Origin: Kiritimatiellia bacterium
Lineage (GTDB): Bacteria > Verrucomicrobiota > Kiritimatiellia > RFP12 > JBMNHG01
Direction: 5' to 3'
Assembly: GCA_050950285.1 (NCBI GenBank)
Contig: JBMNHG010000002.1
Coordinates: 886,654 to 950,653, forward strand
Length of the DNA: 64,000 bases
Under the pieces are notes generated by a model, which saw only the letters and a program-made list of their open reading frames with translations, did not search any database and was not told the DNA's origin. The position numbers and the translations under genes are program-made. Each line of letters begins with the position of its first letter. The stretch's first letter is position 1. Below are positions 37,445 to 48,040 of the stretch, in pieces.

Positions 37445-38484
37445 CAGAAGAACTTCTTGATCAAGCCGAGGATGCCCTGTTTCCAGGGGACGCGATGGGA
37501 GACGCCGCTGGCGTTCCGGAAGGAGTCGAGGTTCGCCACGTACCAGTCGTAGTTGCGGAGGAGCGCGTCCTTGTTCGAGTATTTCGGCGCATAGCCGAGC
37601 TTCGTCTCGGCTTTTTCGATGCTCACGAACGAATCCTCGCAGGCGGTCTCGTAGACCCATTTGTAGAGGGGCGAGAGGCGGAGGAACTCGAGGATGCGCA
37701 GCCCCCAGATGGCGGGGGCGGCGGGGAAGCCGATGATGCGCTTGCCGAAGCCCGCCCGGTCGAGCACCGCCTGGTAGTCCTCGCGCATGGTGGTGAACTC
37801 CTTGGCGCCGATGTTGAAGGTGTCGTTCACCGTCTCGGCGGGGAGGGTCAGGCAAAGGCCGATGGCGTCGCAGAGGTCCTCGACATCCAGCAGCTGGTAG
37901 CGGTTCTTCCCGCTGCCGATCATGGGGAAGTTGCGGCCGTCGTGCGCCCAGTCGTAGAGCAGCACGAACACGCCGAGGCGTTCGGGCCCGATGAAGGACT
38001 TGGGGCGGAGCACGGGCACGCACAGGCCGTCCTTCCGGGCTTCGAAGGCGGCTTCTTCGGCGAGGATCTTCGCCTTCCCGTAGGGCCCCACGCCGTCCAG
38101 CTTGTCGTCTTCGAAGAGCGGGTGGTGGTCGGGAATGCCGTAGACGGCGGTGGAGGAGATGTGGACAACGCGTTCGACGCCGGCCGTTTTCGCGGCGGCG
38201 AGGACGTTCCTCGTGCCGTCGACCTCGGTGGAGAAGATGTCTTTCTTCGAATAGAGCGGGAGGGCGGCGGCGGTGTGGACGACCCAGCGCACCCCCTCCA
38301 TGGCGCGGGCGACGTCGCCGGCGTTGCGAACGTCGCCCTGGAGGAAGTCCACGCGGTCTTTCTCCGGATAGTCGAAGGGGGCGATGTCGAGGGCGCGCAC
38401 CGCCGCGCCGCGCGCGAGGAGATGGCGCACCATGTTGATGCCGAGGAAGCCGCTGCCTCCGGTGACCAATGCGAGATCGGGCAT
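37444..38484 (-). CDS. NAD-dependent epimerase/dehydratase
   Basis: VTGGSGFLG, HISSTAVYG and YGKAK motifs. Confidence 0.9.
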   Translation of the reverse strand: MPDLALVTGGSGFLGINMVRHLLARGAAVRALDIAPFDYPEKDRVDFLQGDVRNAGDVARAMEGVRWVVHTAAALPLYSKKDIFSTEVDGTRNVLAAAKTAGVERVVHISSTAVYGIPDHHPLFEDDKLDGVGPYGKAKILAEEAAFEARKDGLCVPVLRPKSFIGPERLGVFVLLYDWAHDGRNFPMIGSGKNRYQLLDVEDLCDAIGLCLTLPAETVNDTFNIGAKEFTTMREDYQAVLDRAGFGKRIIGFPAAPAIWGLRILEFLRLSPLYKWVYETACEDSFVSIEKAETKLGYAPKYSNKDALLRNYDWYVANLDSFRNASGVSHRVPWKQGILGLIKKFF

Positions 38485-38656
38485 GAGTGACGATTCCTTG
38501 TCCGCGAGAGATTCCCTGCCGTGCAAGGCGGGAGGGGAGAAAGAGAGGGGAAGAAGGAAGGATAATCCGCAAGGGGCGAAGCGTCAACGAAAGTCCGCCG
38601 CGCCCGGCCGGCCGGCCCGGGGAAGGCGCGGGACGTTCCCGGCGGAAGGCGGGGGG

Positions 38657-39742
38657 TCACAGGTAGGTCGAGGCGTCGGGACGGGCGGCGATTTTCGCGA
38701 GGAGCGCCTTGAGTTCCTGGGCCCGGGACTTGGGGCAGACGAGCGTGGACTTCCCCGAATGGACCACCACGAGGTCGTTCACGCCCACGAGCGCGGTGAA
38801 ACGGCCATCCTCGGAAACGACGATGTTGCCGGCCGATTCGAGCGTCTCGCAGGGGCCGACCGCCACGTTCCCGGCGTCGTCCGCCGGGAAGTGCGCCGCC
38901 ACGGAGGTCCAGGAGCCGACGTCGTCCCAGCCGAAGTCGCCATGGACCACGGCGATGTTGGTGGCGTGCTCCATCACGGCGTAGTCGATGGAGAGCTTGC
39001 GGGCGGAGGGGTAGAGTTCGTCGAGGGCCGCGGCGAGGCGGTCCTCGCGGATGGCCGCCTCGAAGCGATCGGAGAGGTCGAGCATGTCCGGCGCGTGGAG
39101 TTCCATGGCGGCGCGCATGACGTCCGTCCGCCAGAGGAACATCCCGGAGTTCCAGAAATGGCGGCGCCCGGCGACGTACTTGGCGGCGGTGGCGGCGTCC
39201 GGCTTTTCGACGAAGCGGCGGGCGCGATCGATGGGCGTGGCCAGCCCGAGGTCCATCGGAGCCTCGATCTCGATGTAGCCGAAGCCGGTGGCGGGGTACG
39301 TGGGCGGGATGCCGATGGTCACGATGTCCTCGCCCCGGGAGGCGAGCGCGATGGCGTCGGAGAGGGTCTGGCGGAAGCGGGGGGCGTCGGCGGAGATCTG
39401 GTCGGAGGTGAGGATGCAGGCCACGGCCTGCGGGTCGCGCGAGCGCACGAGGGCGCAGGCGAGGGCGTTCGCGGCGGCGGTGTCGCGCCCGCAAGGCTCG
39501 CCGAGGATCTGGGGTCTCGGGATGGAGGGCGCGGCGGCGGCGACGGCCTCTTCGAGGTCGCGCGAGGTGATGATCCAGATGCGTTCGGGCGGGATCAGGC
39601 CGTCGAGGCGCCCGATGGCCTGGGAAAGGAGCGGCGTGCCGCCGAAGAGAGGCACGAGCTGCTTGGGGCGGGCGGCGGTGGAGAGCGGCCAGAAGCGCTC
39701 GCCGCGGCCGCCGGCGAGGATCACGGCGGTGGCGGGTGTCAT
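38657..39742 (-). CDS. manC: Mannose-1-phosphate guanylyltransferase
   Basis: ILAGG.GERFWPLS, PKQ, EP.GRDTA, FVEKP, WNSGMF, SIDYAVME and WDDVGSW motifs. Confidence 0.92.
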   Translation of the reverse strand: MTPATAVILAGGRGERFWPLSTAARPKQLVPLFGGTPLLSQAIGRLDGLIPPERIWIITSRDLEEAVAAAAPSIPRPQILGEPCGRDTAAANALACALVRSRDPQAVACILTSDQISADAPRFRQTLSDAIALASRGEDIVTIGIPPTYPATGFGYIEIEAPMDLGLATPIDRARRFVEKPDAATAAKYVAGRRHFWNSGMFLWRTDVMRAAMELHAPDMLDLSDRFEAAIREDRLAAALDELYPSARKLSIDYAVMEHATNIAVVHGDFGWDDVGSWTSVAAHFPADDAGNVAVGPCETLESAGNIVVSEDGRFTALVGVNDLVVVHSGKSTLVCPKSRAQELKALLAKIAARPDASTYL

Positions 39743-40539
39743 GCGGGAATCTCCTTGCCAAGGCGGCGAGCAAGAATCGCGCCGAGACCGAAGAGGGTCA
39801 GGTGGGGGTCGATGCGGAAGCCCATGCCAAGCGGCGGGATGTAGCGGCGGGCGAGGCCTCCCGTCGCGAAGAAGCGGGCGCCCGGGCCCAGCAGCGGGAG
39901 AAGCGTTGCGATCGTTTCGCGCAGCATGCCGCGGAAGCCCACCTCGATGCCGACGCGCATCGCGCCCGCGGTGTCGCGGGCCATGCGGGGATAGCGTCCG
40001 GTGGGTTCCACCAGCGGCAACAGCGCCGTCTTCTCGTGCAACGCCTGCGCGATCATGCGGGGGCCGGGACCGATGACGCCGGTGAAGAAGCGGCGGTCGG
40101 CGGAGACGAGGTCGTAGGTGACCGCCGTTCCAATGTCCACCACCATCACCGGCGTACCTTGCGGGACACGCGAGACCGCGCCGCACACGTTCGCCAGGCG
40201 ATCCGCGCCCGTGGTTTCCGGGGCGGGATAGTCGAGCGTCACAGGCAGGTCGAACGTATGGTCGAGCACGGCGAGGTCCAGGCCGAGCGTCTTGCGGACG
40301 AGACGTTCCCAGGGCGCGACATGGGCGGGCACGACCGACGCCAGGATCGCGGCCTCGGCGCCCTGGAGGCCGGCGGCGCGGAGGAGGGCGGCTTCGCAGG
40401 CCGCAGCGTCGGCGGCGACGCCCCCTGCGATGCACTCGGCGCACGAGACCTTGCCGGAGGAGAAGCACCCCGTCACCGTGGAGGTGTTCCCTGCGTCGAT
40501 GACGACGTACCGTGGGCGATGGACAATGCGGCGGGCCAT
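39739..40539 (-). CDS. coaX: Type III pantothenate kinase
   Basis: IDAGNT, ASVVP, GADR, VDIGTAVT, ATGG and LTLFGL motifs. Confidence 0.92.
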   Translation of the reverse strand: MARRIVHRPRYVVIDAGNTSTVTGCFSSGKVSCAECIAGGVAADAAACEAALLRAAGLQGAEAAILASVVPAHVAPWERLVRKTLGLDLAVLDHTFDLPVTLDYPAPETTGADRLANVCGAVSRVPQGTPVMVVDIGTAVTYDLVSADRRFFTGVIGPGPRMIAQALHEKTALLPLVEPTGRYPRMARDTAGAMRVGIEVGFRGMLRETIATLLPLLGPGARFFATGGLARRYIPPLGMGFRIDPHLTLFGLGAILARRLGKEIPA

Positions 40540-40548
40540 AGGTGCGGG

Positions 40549-42171
40549 TCATCCTGCAAGGGCGCTGGAGGCCTCGGCGACGTCCGTGACGCCGGCGAGG
40601 ATCTTTCCGGCCGCGTCGTCCGCCATCGTGCGCATCCCTTCGGAGAGGGCGACGCGGCGGAGGGCGTCGGCGGCGACGTTGCCGGGGCGGATCGCCTCGC
40701 GGAGGGCGGGGGAGAAGGCCATGAGTTCGTATACGCCCGTACGGCCCGAATACCCTTCGCGGCACGTTGCGCAACCCGCGCCGGCGCGGAACAGCGTTGC
40801 CGGCGAGGGATCCGCGGCCTGCCGCGCCTCGAGGATCCGGGCGAGGTCCGGCGAGGCGCAGGCGGCGGCGATGTCCGCCCATGCGCATGCCTCGCGGCAT
40901 TGCGCGCACAGGCGGCGGACGAGGCGCTGGCCGAGCACGCCGCGCAGGCAGGAGGCCACCAGGTAGGGCTGGACGCCCATGTCGACGAGGCGCATCACGG
41001 CGGAGGGGGCGTCGTTGGTGTGGAGGGTGGTGAAGACGAGGTGGCCGGTGAGGGCGGCGCGGACGGCGATTCCGGCGGTTTCGGCGTCACGCGTCTCGCC
41101 CACGAGCACCACGTCGGGGTCCTGTCGCAGGATGTGGCGGAGTCCGTTGGCGAAGGTGAGGCCGATCTTGGGCTTCACCTGGATCTGGCCGATGTCGGGC
41201 AGGCGGTATTCCACCGGGTCCTCGATGGTCAGGATGTTGCGACGGGCGGCGTCGAGGCCGCCCAGCGCGGAATAGAGGGTCGTCGTCTTCCCGGAGCCGG
41301 TGGGGCCGGAGACCACGACCATCCCGTTGGGTGCGCGGAGGAGGCGCTGGAAGGATTCGAGCGTAGCCTCGTCCATGCCGAGCGAACGAAGCGGGAGGCA
41401 GGCGTCGGCGCGGTTCAGCAGGCGCAGCACCACGCGCTCGCCGTCCGCGACCGGCACGACGGAGACGCGGATGTCCAGCGGACGCCCGCCCACCCGGGCC
41501 TGCGCCACGCCGTCCTGGGGGAGGCGGCGTTCGGCGATGTCCATTCCCGCCATCACCTTGAGGCGTGAAACCAGCGCGAGTTCGAGGTGCTTGGGCGGAG
41601 TGGCGGCACGGCGGAGCACGCCGTCCACGCGATACCGCACGCAGAGGCGGTCCTCGAAAGGCTCGAAGTGGATGTCCGAAGCCCCCTGGCGCACGGCCTC
41701 GAGGAGAAGGAGGTTCACAAGGCGCGTGACCGGCGCGGCGGAGGCGGCCTCCAGCAAATCGCCGCCCTGCGGACCGGCGCCCGCGCGCGGCCCGTCGGAC
41801 GCCCCTTCCGATGTGATCTCGTCCAGCAGCGAGGATGCGGCGACGGAGGCGCCCGCGGCGTAGGTCCGGCCGAGGAGGTCGAGGACAAGCGCTTCGGGCG
41901 CAACGACCACGGGCAGGGGGACGCCGGCCAGCTGCGAAGCCTGGAGCTGGTCTTCGATGGCGCGGGGATGCGCGGAAAGGAGGCAGGCCGCACCCTCCCG
42001 CAATACGGGCACCAGGAGACGGGGATGCGCCCAGTCCGACGGAATGCGGGCCGCGAGCTCCGGGGCGAGGGCGAGCCCTTCGGCGGATTCCACGACCTCC
42101 AGGCCAAGGGCGGAGGCCTCGGCGCGAAGCGCGTCGGATGCGCATGCGGACTGTTCGCGGGGGATGTTCAT
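40549..42171 (-). CDS. GspE/PilB family secretion/pilus ATPase
   Basis: ASDIH, RLPQDG, GPTGSGKTTT, TIEDPVEY, LRQDPD, TGHLV..TLH and CxxC...CxxC motifs. Confidence 0.92.
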   Translation of the reverse strand: MNIPREQSACASDALRAEASALGLEVVESAEGLALAPELAARIPSDWAHPRLLVPVLREGAACLLSAHPRAIEDQLQASQLAGVPLPVVVAPEALVLDLLGRTYAAGASVAASSLLDEITSEGASDGPRAGAGPQGGDLLEAASAAPVTRLVNLLLLEAVRQGASDIHFEPFEDRLCVRYRVDGVLRRAATPPKHLELALVSRLKVMAGMDIAERRLPQDGVAQARVGGRPLDIRVSVVPVADGERVVLRLLNRADACLPLRSLGMDEATLESFQRLLRAPNGMVVVSGPTGSGKTTTLYSALGGLDAARRNILTIEDPVEYRLPDIGQIQVKPKIGLTFANGLRHILRQDPDVVLVGETRDAETAGIAVRAALTGHLVFTTLHTNDAPSAVMRLVDMGVQPYLVASCLRGVLGQRLVRRLCAQCREACAWADIAAACASPDLARILEARQAADPSPATLFRAGAGCATCREGYSGRTGVYELMAFSPALREAIRPGNVAADALRRVALSEGMRTMADDAAGKILAGVTDVAEASSALAG

Positions 42172-42187
42172 GGGCGAGTAAAAAAAA

Positions 42188-42356
42188 ATCCCGCCTTGCC
42201 GTAGGGGCCCTGGAACCTCTGCGACCCACATCGAGAGGTGGGCTCCCTAGTCGTCGTTTCAGGTATCCCGCAGAGGGATGCCATCCGCGCCGCATTCAAG
42301 TTCCCTAAAAATCACGTAGGTCAGAGGATGCCGCCCATTCGCGCACAAGGCAGGAT
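42188..42356 (-). ncRNA. ssrS: Probable 6S RNA
   Basis: ~170-nt rod. Closing stem AUCCUGCCUUG/CAAGGCGGGAU is followed by a U-run; inner stem CCUCUG-ACCUAC/GUGGGU-CAGAGG; central bubble region with GGGA...CCCACC motifs typical of 6S RNA. Confidence 0.7.
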
Positions 42357-42667
42357 CAGGTTCAATCTCATCAACCCCGCCGGCAGAAGGGGAATCCGAT
42401 TCCACAACGCCATCGAGGAGGTTTGCGGCAGGATGATAGCAAACCGTCGTCCCCCCGTCAATCCTTCCGTATTGCGCGACGGGCCCGCCTGGGCGCGGAA
42501 GGATGCGGAGCGCGCGCCGAAACCTTTGGACAGTGGATGCGGGCGCCCTTCCGGGGCGGCACAAAAAGCGTTCTTCCCGTTGATTCCGCCGCTTGCCCTC
42601 CCGGAAGGCGTCCTGTACGATAGGACCCTGGCTTCCATCTTCAACCTTGGGATCCCGCGCAACATCC

Positions 42668-43294
42668 ATGAACTCGATCATGACCCTCTTCCTGAGCGGC
42701 GGGCCGCTGATGTGGCCGATTCTGGCCTGCTCGCTTGCCTTCGGAACCTTCTTCCTCGAACGCCTCGTCGCGATGCGGCGCGCCGCCGTCTTCCCGTCCG
42801 CGCTCCGGGCCAAACTGCTGGCCGCGGTGCGCGAGGGGGGTGCCGCCGCCGCCCTCCGCGCCTGCGAAGGCGAAACCGCCCCCTATGCCGTGATGGCGCG
42901 TGCCTGCCTCGAGCGCGCCGACGCCGGCGGGTTTGAAATGAATGCCGGCCTCGAGGAAGGCGGCGCCCGCGTGCTGGGGGATCTGCGCCGAGGCGCGCGG
43001 CCGCTCGCGATCGTCGGCGACATCGCGCCGCTCCTCGGGCTGATGGGGACCGTCACCGGCATGATCAAAGCCTTCGACGTCGTCGCCAAGGCCGGCGCCC
43101 TCGGCCGCACGGAACTGCTCGCCGCCGGCATCAGCGAGGCCCTCCTCACCACCGCATTCGGCCTTCTCGTGGCCGTCCCGTCCATCCTCTCCTACCATTA
43201 CTTCCGGTCGCGCGCCGACAGCCTCGCCCGCGAAATGGAAGACGCCTGCCTCGAACTCATCCGCAGCGTGCGCGAACGCGAGGCCGCGGAATGA
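42668..43294 (+). CDS. exbB: MotA/TolQ/ExbB proton channel protein
   Basis: GGPLMWPI, APLLGLMGTVTGMI.AF and GISEALLTTAFGL motifs. Confidence 0.9.
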   Translation: MNSIMTLFLSGGPLMWPILACSLAFGTFFLERLVAMRRAAVFPSALRAKLLAAVREGGAAAALRACEGETAPYAVMARACLERADAGGFEMNAGLEEGGARVLGDLRRGARPLAIVGDIAPLLGLMGTVTGMIKAFDVVAKAGALGRTELLAAGISEALLTTAFGLLVAVPSILSYHYFRSRADSLAREMEDACLELIRSVREREAAE

Positions 43295-43704
43295 AGGCGC
43301 TCGTCGACGACGATGGTTTCGCCGGCGTACGCATCGCGCCGCTGTTGGACGTCGTGTTCCTGCTCCTTATCTTCTTCCTCGTGGCGACCACCTTCTACGA
43401 GATTGAGAAGGACATGTCGATCCGCCTGGCCGAAGCCACCGCGGGCGAGGGCCGGTCCACGCTCCCCAGGCAGATCATCGTGAACATCAGCGAGGCCGGA
43501 ATCCTCGTGGTGAACCAGCGCATGGTCTCCCTCGGGGAGCTCGAGACGATGCTGCGCGAGGGGAAGGAGGACGACCCCCGCCTCTCCGTGGTGATCCGGT
43601 GCGACCGACAGGCCCGCCACGCGGATTTTGTGAAGGTGCTGGACTGCTGCGGACGCATCCGGATTTCGCAGGTGTCCATTGCCACCCTGCACGTGGACGA
43701 GTGA
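43291..43704 (+). CDS. exbD: ExbD/TolR biopolymer transport protein
   Basis: PLLDVVFLLLIFF and VIRCD motifs; ATGA overlap with exbB. Confidence 0.9.
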   Translation: MKALVDDDGFAGVRIAPLLDVVFLLLIFFLVATTFYEIEKDMSIRLAEATAGEGRSTLPRQIIVNISEAGILVVNQRMVSLGELETMLREGKEDDPRLSVVIRCDRQARHADFVKVLDCCGRIRISQVSIATLHVDE

Positions 43705-43753
43705 AAGGCCGCCACCGGAGAAATCCTGTACAACCGATCGAAGGAGCATTGCC

Positions 43754-45463
43754 ATGTTGGAATTGAAATTGGATTGGACGGAAGGATGGGACGAGGAGGC
43801 GGGGCTTTGGCGACAGGAGGGAGCGGGGCATACGGCTCCGGTGAGCCGGCTGGCTTGCGTTCATCCCGCGCCGACCGCCAGTTCGCGGCTGTTGCTGGCC
43901 GCGCACCTCCATCAACTTGAAGCCGTCAAGGCCGGAACCATTCTCCAGGCGCTTCGGGACATGCAGGAGCAGGACGGCGAGCGGCGCGGATGCCTGAAGT
44001 GGTATCTGGAAGAGCCCGGCCCCGTCGATACGAACGCCGCCTTCTTCGTCGCCCTCGGCCTGATCCCCTTGCGGCTGTGCCACGGCGGGGACCTGGACGC
44101 ACGGTCTCGTGAGACGCTGGACGCGATCCTGGACGATCTTCGCGCGTGGTTCGATCGGGAAGCCGGGAAACGCATGTTCTACTATCCGAACAAGTTTCTG
44201 GGCGACGTGGTCTGCGCGTGGCTGCTCGGCGAGATCTGCGGCGCCCCGGCGCCCTCCCTCGTCGGCATCATGGCGGATGCGGCGCGCGATTGGCACGAGC
44301 ACGGCTGGGGATGGGGCGAACACATGAGCGACGTTTACAGCTGTGTCTGCCTCGACGAGCTGTCGTTGCTCCTGCTGTTCTCCCGTTCCCTGCCGGACGG
44401 CCTCCGGACGCTATACACGGGGCTGTTCCGCGAACTGCTGGCGATCGACGACGCCTATGGGGAAGGCCCGCGCGTGCCGGCGATCCGGACGTATGATTTC
44501 CTCGATCGGCCGGCCCGCCTTCCGTACCGGAGCCGGATCCGTCCGATCCAGGCGCCTTTCGCGCTGGCGAAGGTGCAGAACCAGCCGGTGCTGGGGCCGC
44601 TCTTCCACGGCCGCGGATGGGAGCGGCTGGCTCCGCCGCCGCCGGCCGGCCCGCGGTCCGGGTCGCTTCGCGTCCCCTGCTTCGGCGGCTCCTGCGCCGA
44701 AGCCTGGCTGGCTCCCGACATTCGCGTGGGGGGCATGAGCCGCTATCCGCTCATGGCCGGCGCGGATCGTTCGACCTGGGGGCTCTCGTGGCAGTCCATG
44801 CCCGCCGCGTTCTGGAGCCCCGAAGGGCTGTGGGGGTTTTGGCAGTGGGAGACGGACGAAAACTCGGTCGTCCGCTCCCATCCGGCCGCAGCCATGCGGT
44901 CCGCCTACCTGGCCAATGCCCTGACCAGCCAGATTCGCCTGCCGATCACCGGGCTGACCTTCTGCCTGATGAAGGACGGCAACCTCCTCGTGCTTCGGAT
45001 CATGCCCGCCATGGTCGGCGCCTGGGCGCGCGTGACGGACCGGCTGCGGTTGGTCGAGCCGGCGATGCGCATCGAGACGCGCCCCCCGTCCGCAGGCTGG
45101 GGGCAAATGCTGGTCCGGCTCGCGAAACGGACGGTGGCGGTCCAGTGCGTGCCCTTGACCGGCCGGTTCGATGCGACGACGCCGGCTCCCGTCCTCGCCG
45201 AACGGCGGGAACCCGCGCACCTTGCGGATTGGAGCCTCGATCTCGAACAGCCGGCGCTTGGAGACACGCTGGCCATGGTGACCCTTTGGGGGGTCTCCGT
45301 CGATGGCGAGGTGGTCGAGGAGCCAGTCTTCGAACCGTGCACCGACCTCCCCTCGCAGCCGCGGGAGAACGAGCTGCTGGCCTGGAACCTGACCTGGCGC
45401 TGGCCGGGCGCGACGTGGGATGTGCGGATCGATCCCCTGGATCCGCGGGATCCATTCTACTAA
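43754..45463 (+). CDS. Hypothetical protein (helical N-terminus, beta-rich C-terminus; possibly carbohydrate-active)
   Basis: Long ORF with AAGGAG RBS; stop codon lies inside MITE copy 2. Confidence 0.6.
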   Translation: MLELKLDWTEGWDEEAGLWRQEGAGHTAPVSRLACVHPAPTASSRLLLAAHLHQLEAVKAGTILQALRDMQEQDGERRGCLKWYLEEPGPVDTNAAFFVALGLIPLRLCHGGDLDARSRETLDAILDDLRAWFDREAGKRMFYYPNKFLGDVVCAWLLGEICGAPAPSLVGIMADAARDWHEHGWGWGEHMSDVYSCVCLDELSLLLLFSRSLPDGLRTLYTGLFRELLAIDDAYGEGPRVPAIRTYDFLDRPARLPYRSRIRPIQAPFALAKVQNQPVLGPLFHGRGWERLAPPPPAGPRSGSLRVPCFGGSCAEAWLAPDIRVGGMSRYPLMAGADRSTWGLSWQSMPAAFWSPEGLWGFWQWETDENSVVRSHPAAAMRSAYLANALTSQIRLPITGLTFCLMKDGNLLVLRIMPAMVGAWARVTDRLRLVEPAMRIETRPPSAGWGQMLVRLAKRTVAVQCVPLTGRFDATTPAPVLAERREPAHLADWSLDLEQPALGDTLAMVTLWGVSVDGEVVEEPVFEPCTDLPSQPRENELLAWNLTWRWPGATWDVRIDPLDPRDPFY

Positions 45464-45609
45464 CCCGGCCACAAATAGCGCTGCGCGCGGGGATTCAGGC
45501 ATTGGGAGCTGGAATTTGGAGTTGGGAAAGGGGCACGGACATTCCTGTCCGTGTCACGGGTTGGAAAACCCGTGCTCCTGTTTTGCAGTATGAATTGTGG
45601 CCGAGTTAG
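45460..45609. mobile_element. 150-bp MITE-like element, copy 2
   Basis: TA|CTAACCCGGCCACAAAT...AATTGTGGCCGAGTTAG|TA; internal hairpins CACGGACA-ttcc-TGTCCGTG and CACGGGTT-ggaa-AACCCGTG. Confidence 0.82.
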
Positions 45610-45657
45610 TAGTACATGGGTGCAGCGTATCCGCTGTGTTACAAGCGCGACAATGCA

Positions 45658-48033
45658 CTAGCGCAACAGGAGCAGCGTGCCGCTCGGAACTGAAACCGTG
45701 AGGTCGATGTAGGTTGCTCCGTACTCGAGCGTGCAAATGGCCCTGGATTCGGAAGGATCGGCGCCGTTCACCGTCATCGACTCGAACTGGCCGCTCACGC
45801 CGGCCGCCTCGACGATGCGGATCGTGCGCGATCCGCCCCAGATGTCGGCCTTCGCGGGAAGTTGCACGTCGAGCGTCGCGCCGCTGCCGGGAAGCGAGAA
45901 GGTCGCGCCATCGCCAACGAGCGCAAGGCGGCCGCAGGTCTCAGGTGTCGCCGCGTCGATCACGAGCGAGGAACCGGAGGAGCAGGTGACGACCGCGTTC
46001 GAGATCGCCAGCAGCCCGCCGGAAGGACGGATCGCGCCTGAGTTGGAAATCGTGAGGACGTTGTTGTAGCCGTTGTACGAGGAGTTGATGTACGCCAGCG
46101 TGCCGCTTCCGCCAAAGCTGGAACCGCCGTAATTCTCGAAACTGCAAGAGGGGTTCTGCCCACCGGGCGCAGGAAGATGCTCGATCACGGCCACGCCGTC
46201 GGCCCCGGAGTCGATGTTCCAGACGCCGTAGTTGCGCAGGCCGCAGGTGCCGTTGAAGTTCGGCCGGAAGCCGATGTAGCCGCCCTGGCGTCCGAAGCCG
46301 TAGTTCGCAAGGTAGGCGTCGCCACGCGAGTCGCGGCGTGTATTCCCCGAGGACAACACGAGCGAGGCAGCACGGGCGACGTCCGTGGTGGTGCCACCGT
46401 TCGCCGTGTAGACCGCGTTCCCCCACGCCGCGAGGGTCACGTCGGCGGCGACCATGTCGTTCGTTCCAATGCGAACCGTGGCGGACTTGTAGAAGGTGTT
46501 CGTGGTGACGACTTCCACGCCCTCCACGATGTTCGTGACGTACTCGTAATGGTCCACGGCATCGGAACTGGTGAAGGCCAGATTACATCCGCCGCCGTGA
46601 TTCTGCGTGAGGGTGCCCACGACGTTGCCGATGCCGGCAACCTCGAAGAGACCGCCCTGGTTGTGGAAGGTGTAGGTGCTGGAGAGGCGGGGGCCGCCAA
46701 AATCGGCGTTGTCTTCGAGCACGATCCGTCCGCCTTGGTTGTAGAGGTAGATGAACTGGAGCGATCCGTTGTCGAGCTCGAGTGTGCCGGTGTTGCTTGG
46801 CGAATAGAAGCCCCAGATGCTACGTCCTGTGGAGGAGGTCAGCCGGAAGGCGCCGCCGTTGTCGATGCGCCAGTGGCCGCTGTTCGCGAAGTTGCGGGTG
46901 CCGTTGTTGTTGGCCGTCGCGGCCCAGTCGGTCTTCAGCAGGCCGCCATTCACATGCAGGTTTCCGGCGTTGTTCAGGTTCACGTGGCCCTGGACCCCGG
47001 TGTACTTGAGGACAAGCGTGGAATTCGTGAGGATCGTCATCTCGCCGTCGGCTTGGTTGTTCACCGTGGCGCTGCCGGAGACAACCGTGAAGTCGTTCGT
47101 GGCGACGCCGTCCCCGATCGTGAAGACGCCGTTGTTGTCGAGGGTGGAAACTCCGGATCCGCTCTCCGACCAGAGCGCCGCGTTCGAGCCGATGACGGAG
47201 GTGACGCCATCCGCGCCGGTCGAGAAGGTGGGGCTGGCTTTGGCGTGCCCGAGGCGCGCATTGTCGCCGATGACCATCGTTCCGTTGTTGGAGAGGGATC
47301 CGAAATGGTTGGTGGAACCGCTCAGGATGGAGAGCGATCCGTTGTTCTCGCACCCGGTGAGATAGCCGAATCCGCCGGGCGAATGGCCCAGATTGTGCGA
47401 GAATTCAAAGAGGGATCCGTTCGACATCGTCCATATGCCGTTGTTGACGTACGCGCGGGTACCGCCCGAGTTCCCAGTCGGGATCTCATAGCGATAGCGG
47501 ATCACGCCGCCGTCATGCTGGCTGAGGATGCCGTTGCTGGTGAACTTCAGTCCGGACTGGTTGCCGGTTTGAATCATGGCGAGCATCGAGCCCGGGCCGA
47601 TGTTCCAGGTGCCGTCGATCTGGAGCGCCATCCGGCGGCCGTAGTTGTCGCGTGCGGTAAAGGCATGGCCGTTCAAGTCGAACGAGATTGCCGCATCGCC
47701 GGCGGTGGGGGTGATGGTGGTAGGCGAGCCGTCCCACTGGGTGGAGTAGAGCGTGAGGTCGGCGTCGAGCGTGACTGCGGTGGCGCCGCCATCCGTTGTC
47801 TGGGTGATGGTGAGGCCGGACGCCTCGGAGTCTTGGTCGACGGTGACTTCGCGAATACCGGCGGACACATCGGGCAGGATGGCCTTGTCGGCGGTAACGG
47901 GGGCTATCCCACCGACCCAATTCGTACCCTCGGACCAATTACCACCACCATTCCCATCCCAAGTGATGTTTGCCGAAAACGCCACAGATGACGCCAGTGC
48001 AATCGAGCCAACCAGGAACTTGTAATAATGCAT
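45658..48033 (-). CDS. Secreted Gly/Asn/Thr-rich beta-helix (autotransporter passenger-like) protein with C-terminal GTLLLLR and no beta-barrel
   Basis: Signal peptide, W.G.GGGNWS..TNW.GG..P N-terminal motif and repeated N.G strands. Confidence 0.75.
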   Translation of the reverse strand: MHYYKFLVGSIALASSVAFSANITWDGNGGGNWSEGTNWVGGIAPVTADKAILPDVSAGIREVTVDQDSEASGLTITQTTDGGATAVTLDADLTLYSTQWDGSPTTITPTAGDAAISFDLNGHAFTARDNYGRRMALQIDGTWNIGPGSMLAMIQTGNQSGLKFTSNGILSQHDGGVIRYRYEIPTGNSGGTRAYVNNGIWTMSNGSLFEFSHNLGHSPGGFGYLTGCENNGSLSILSGSTNHFGSLSNNGTMVIGDNARLGHAKASPTFSTGADGVTSVIGSNAALWSESGSGVSTLDNNGVFTIGDGVATNDFTVVSGSATVNNQADGEMTILTNSTLVLKYTGVQGHVNLNNAGNLHVNGGLLKTDWAATANNNGTRNFANSGHWRIDNGGAFRLTSSTGRSIWGFYSPSNTGTLELDNGSLQFIYLYNQGGRIVLEDNADFGGPRLSSTYTFHNQGGLFEVAGIGNVVGTLTQNHGGGCNLAFTSSDAVDHYEYVTNIVEGVEVVTTNTFYKSATVRIGTNDMVAADVTLAAWGNAVYTANGGTTTDVARAASLVLSSGNTRRDSRGDAYLANYGFGRQGGYIGFRPNFNGTCGLRNYGVWNIDSGADGVAVIEHLPAPGGQNPSCSFENYGGSSFGGSGTLAYINSSYNGYNNVLTISNSGAIRPSGGLLAISNAVVTCSSGSSLVIDAATPETCGRLALVGDGATFSLPGSGATLDVQLPAKADIWGGSRTIRIVEAAGVSGQFESMTVNGADPSESRAICTLEYGATYIDLTVSVPSGTLLLLR

Positions 48034-48040
48034 AATACCT

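Noticed and set aside
36434..40909. Apparent long N-terminal extensions on the kdsD (717 aa) and manC (750 aa) ORFs
   Set aside because: The extensions overlap upstream genes in other frames; true starts are 37444 and 39742.
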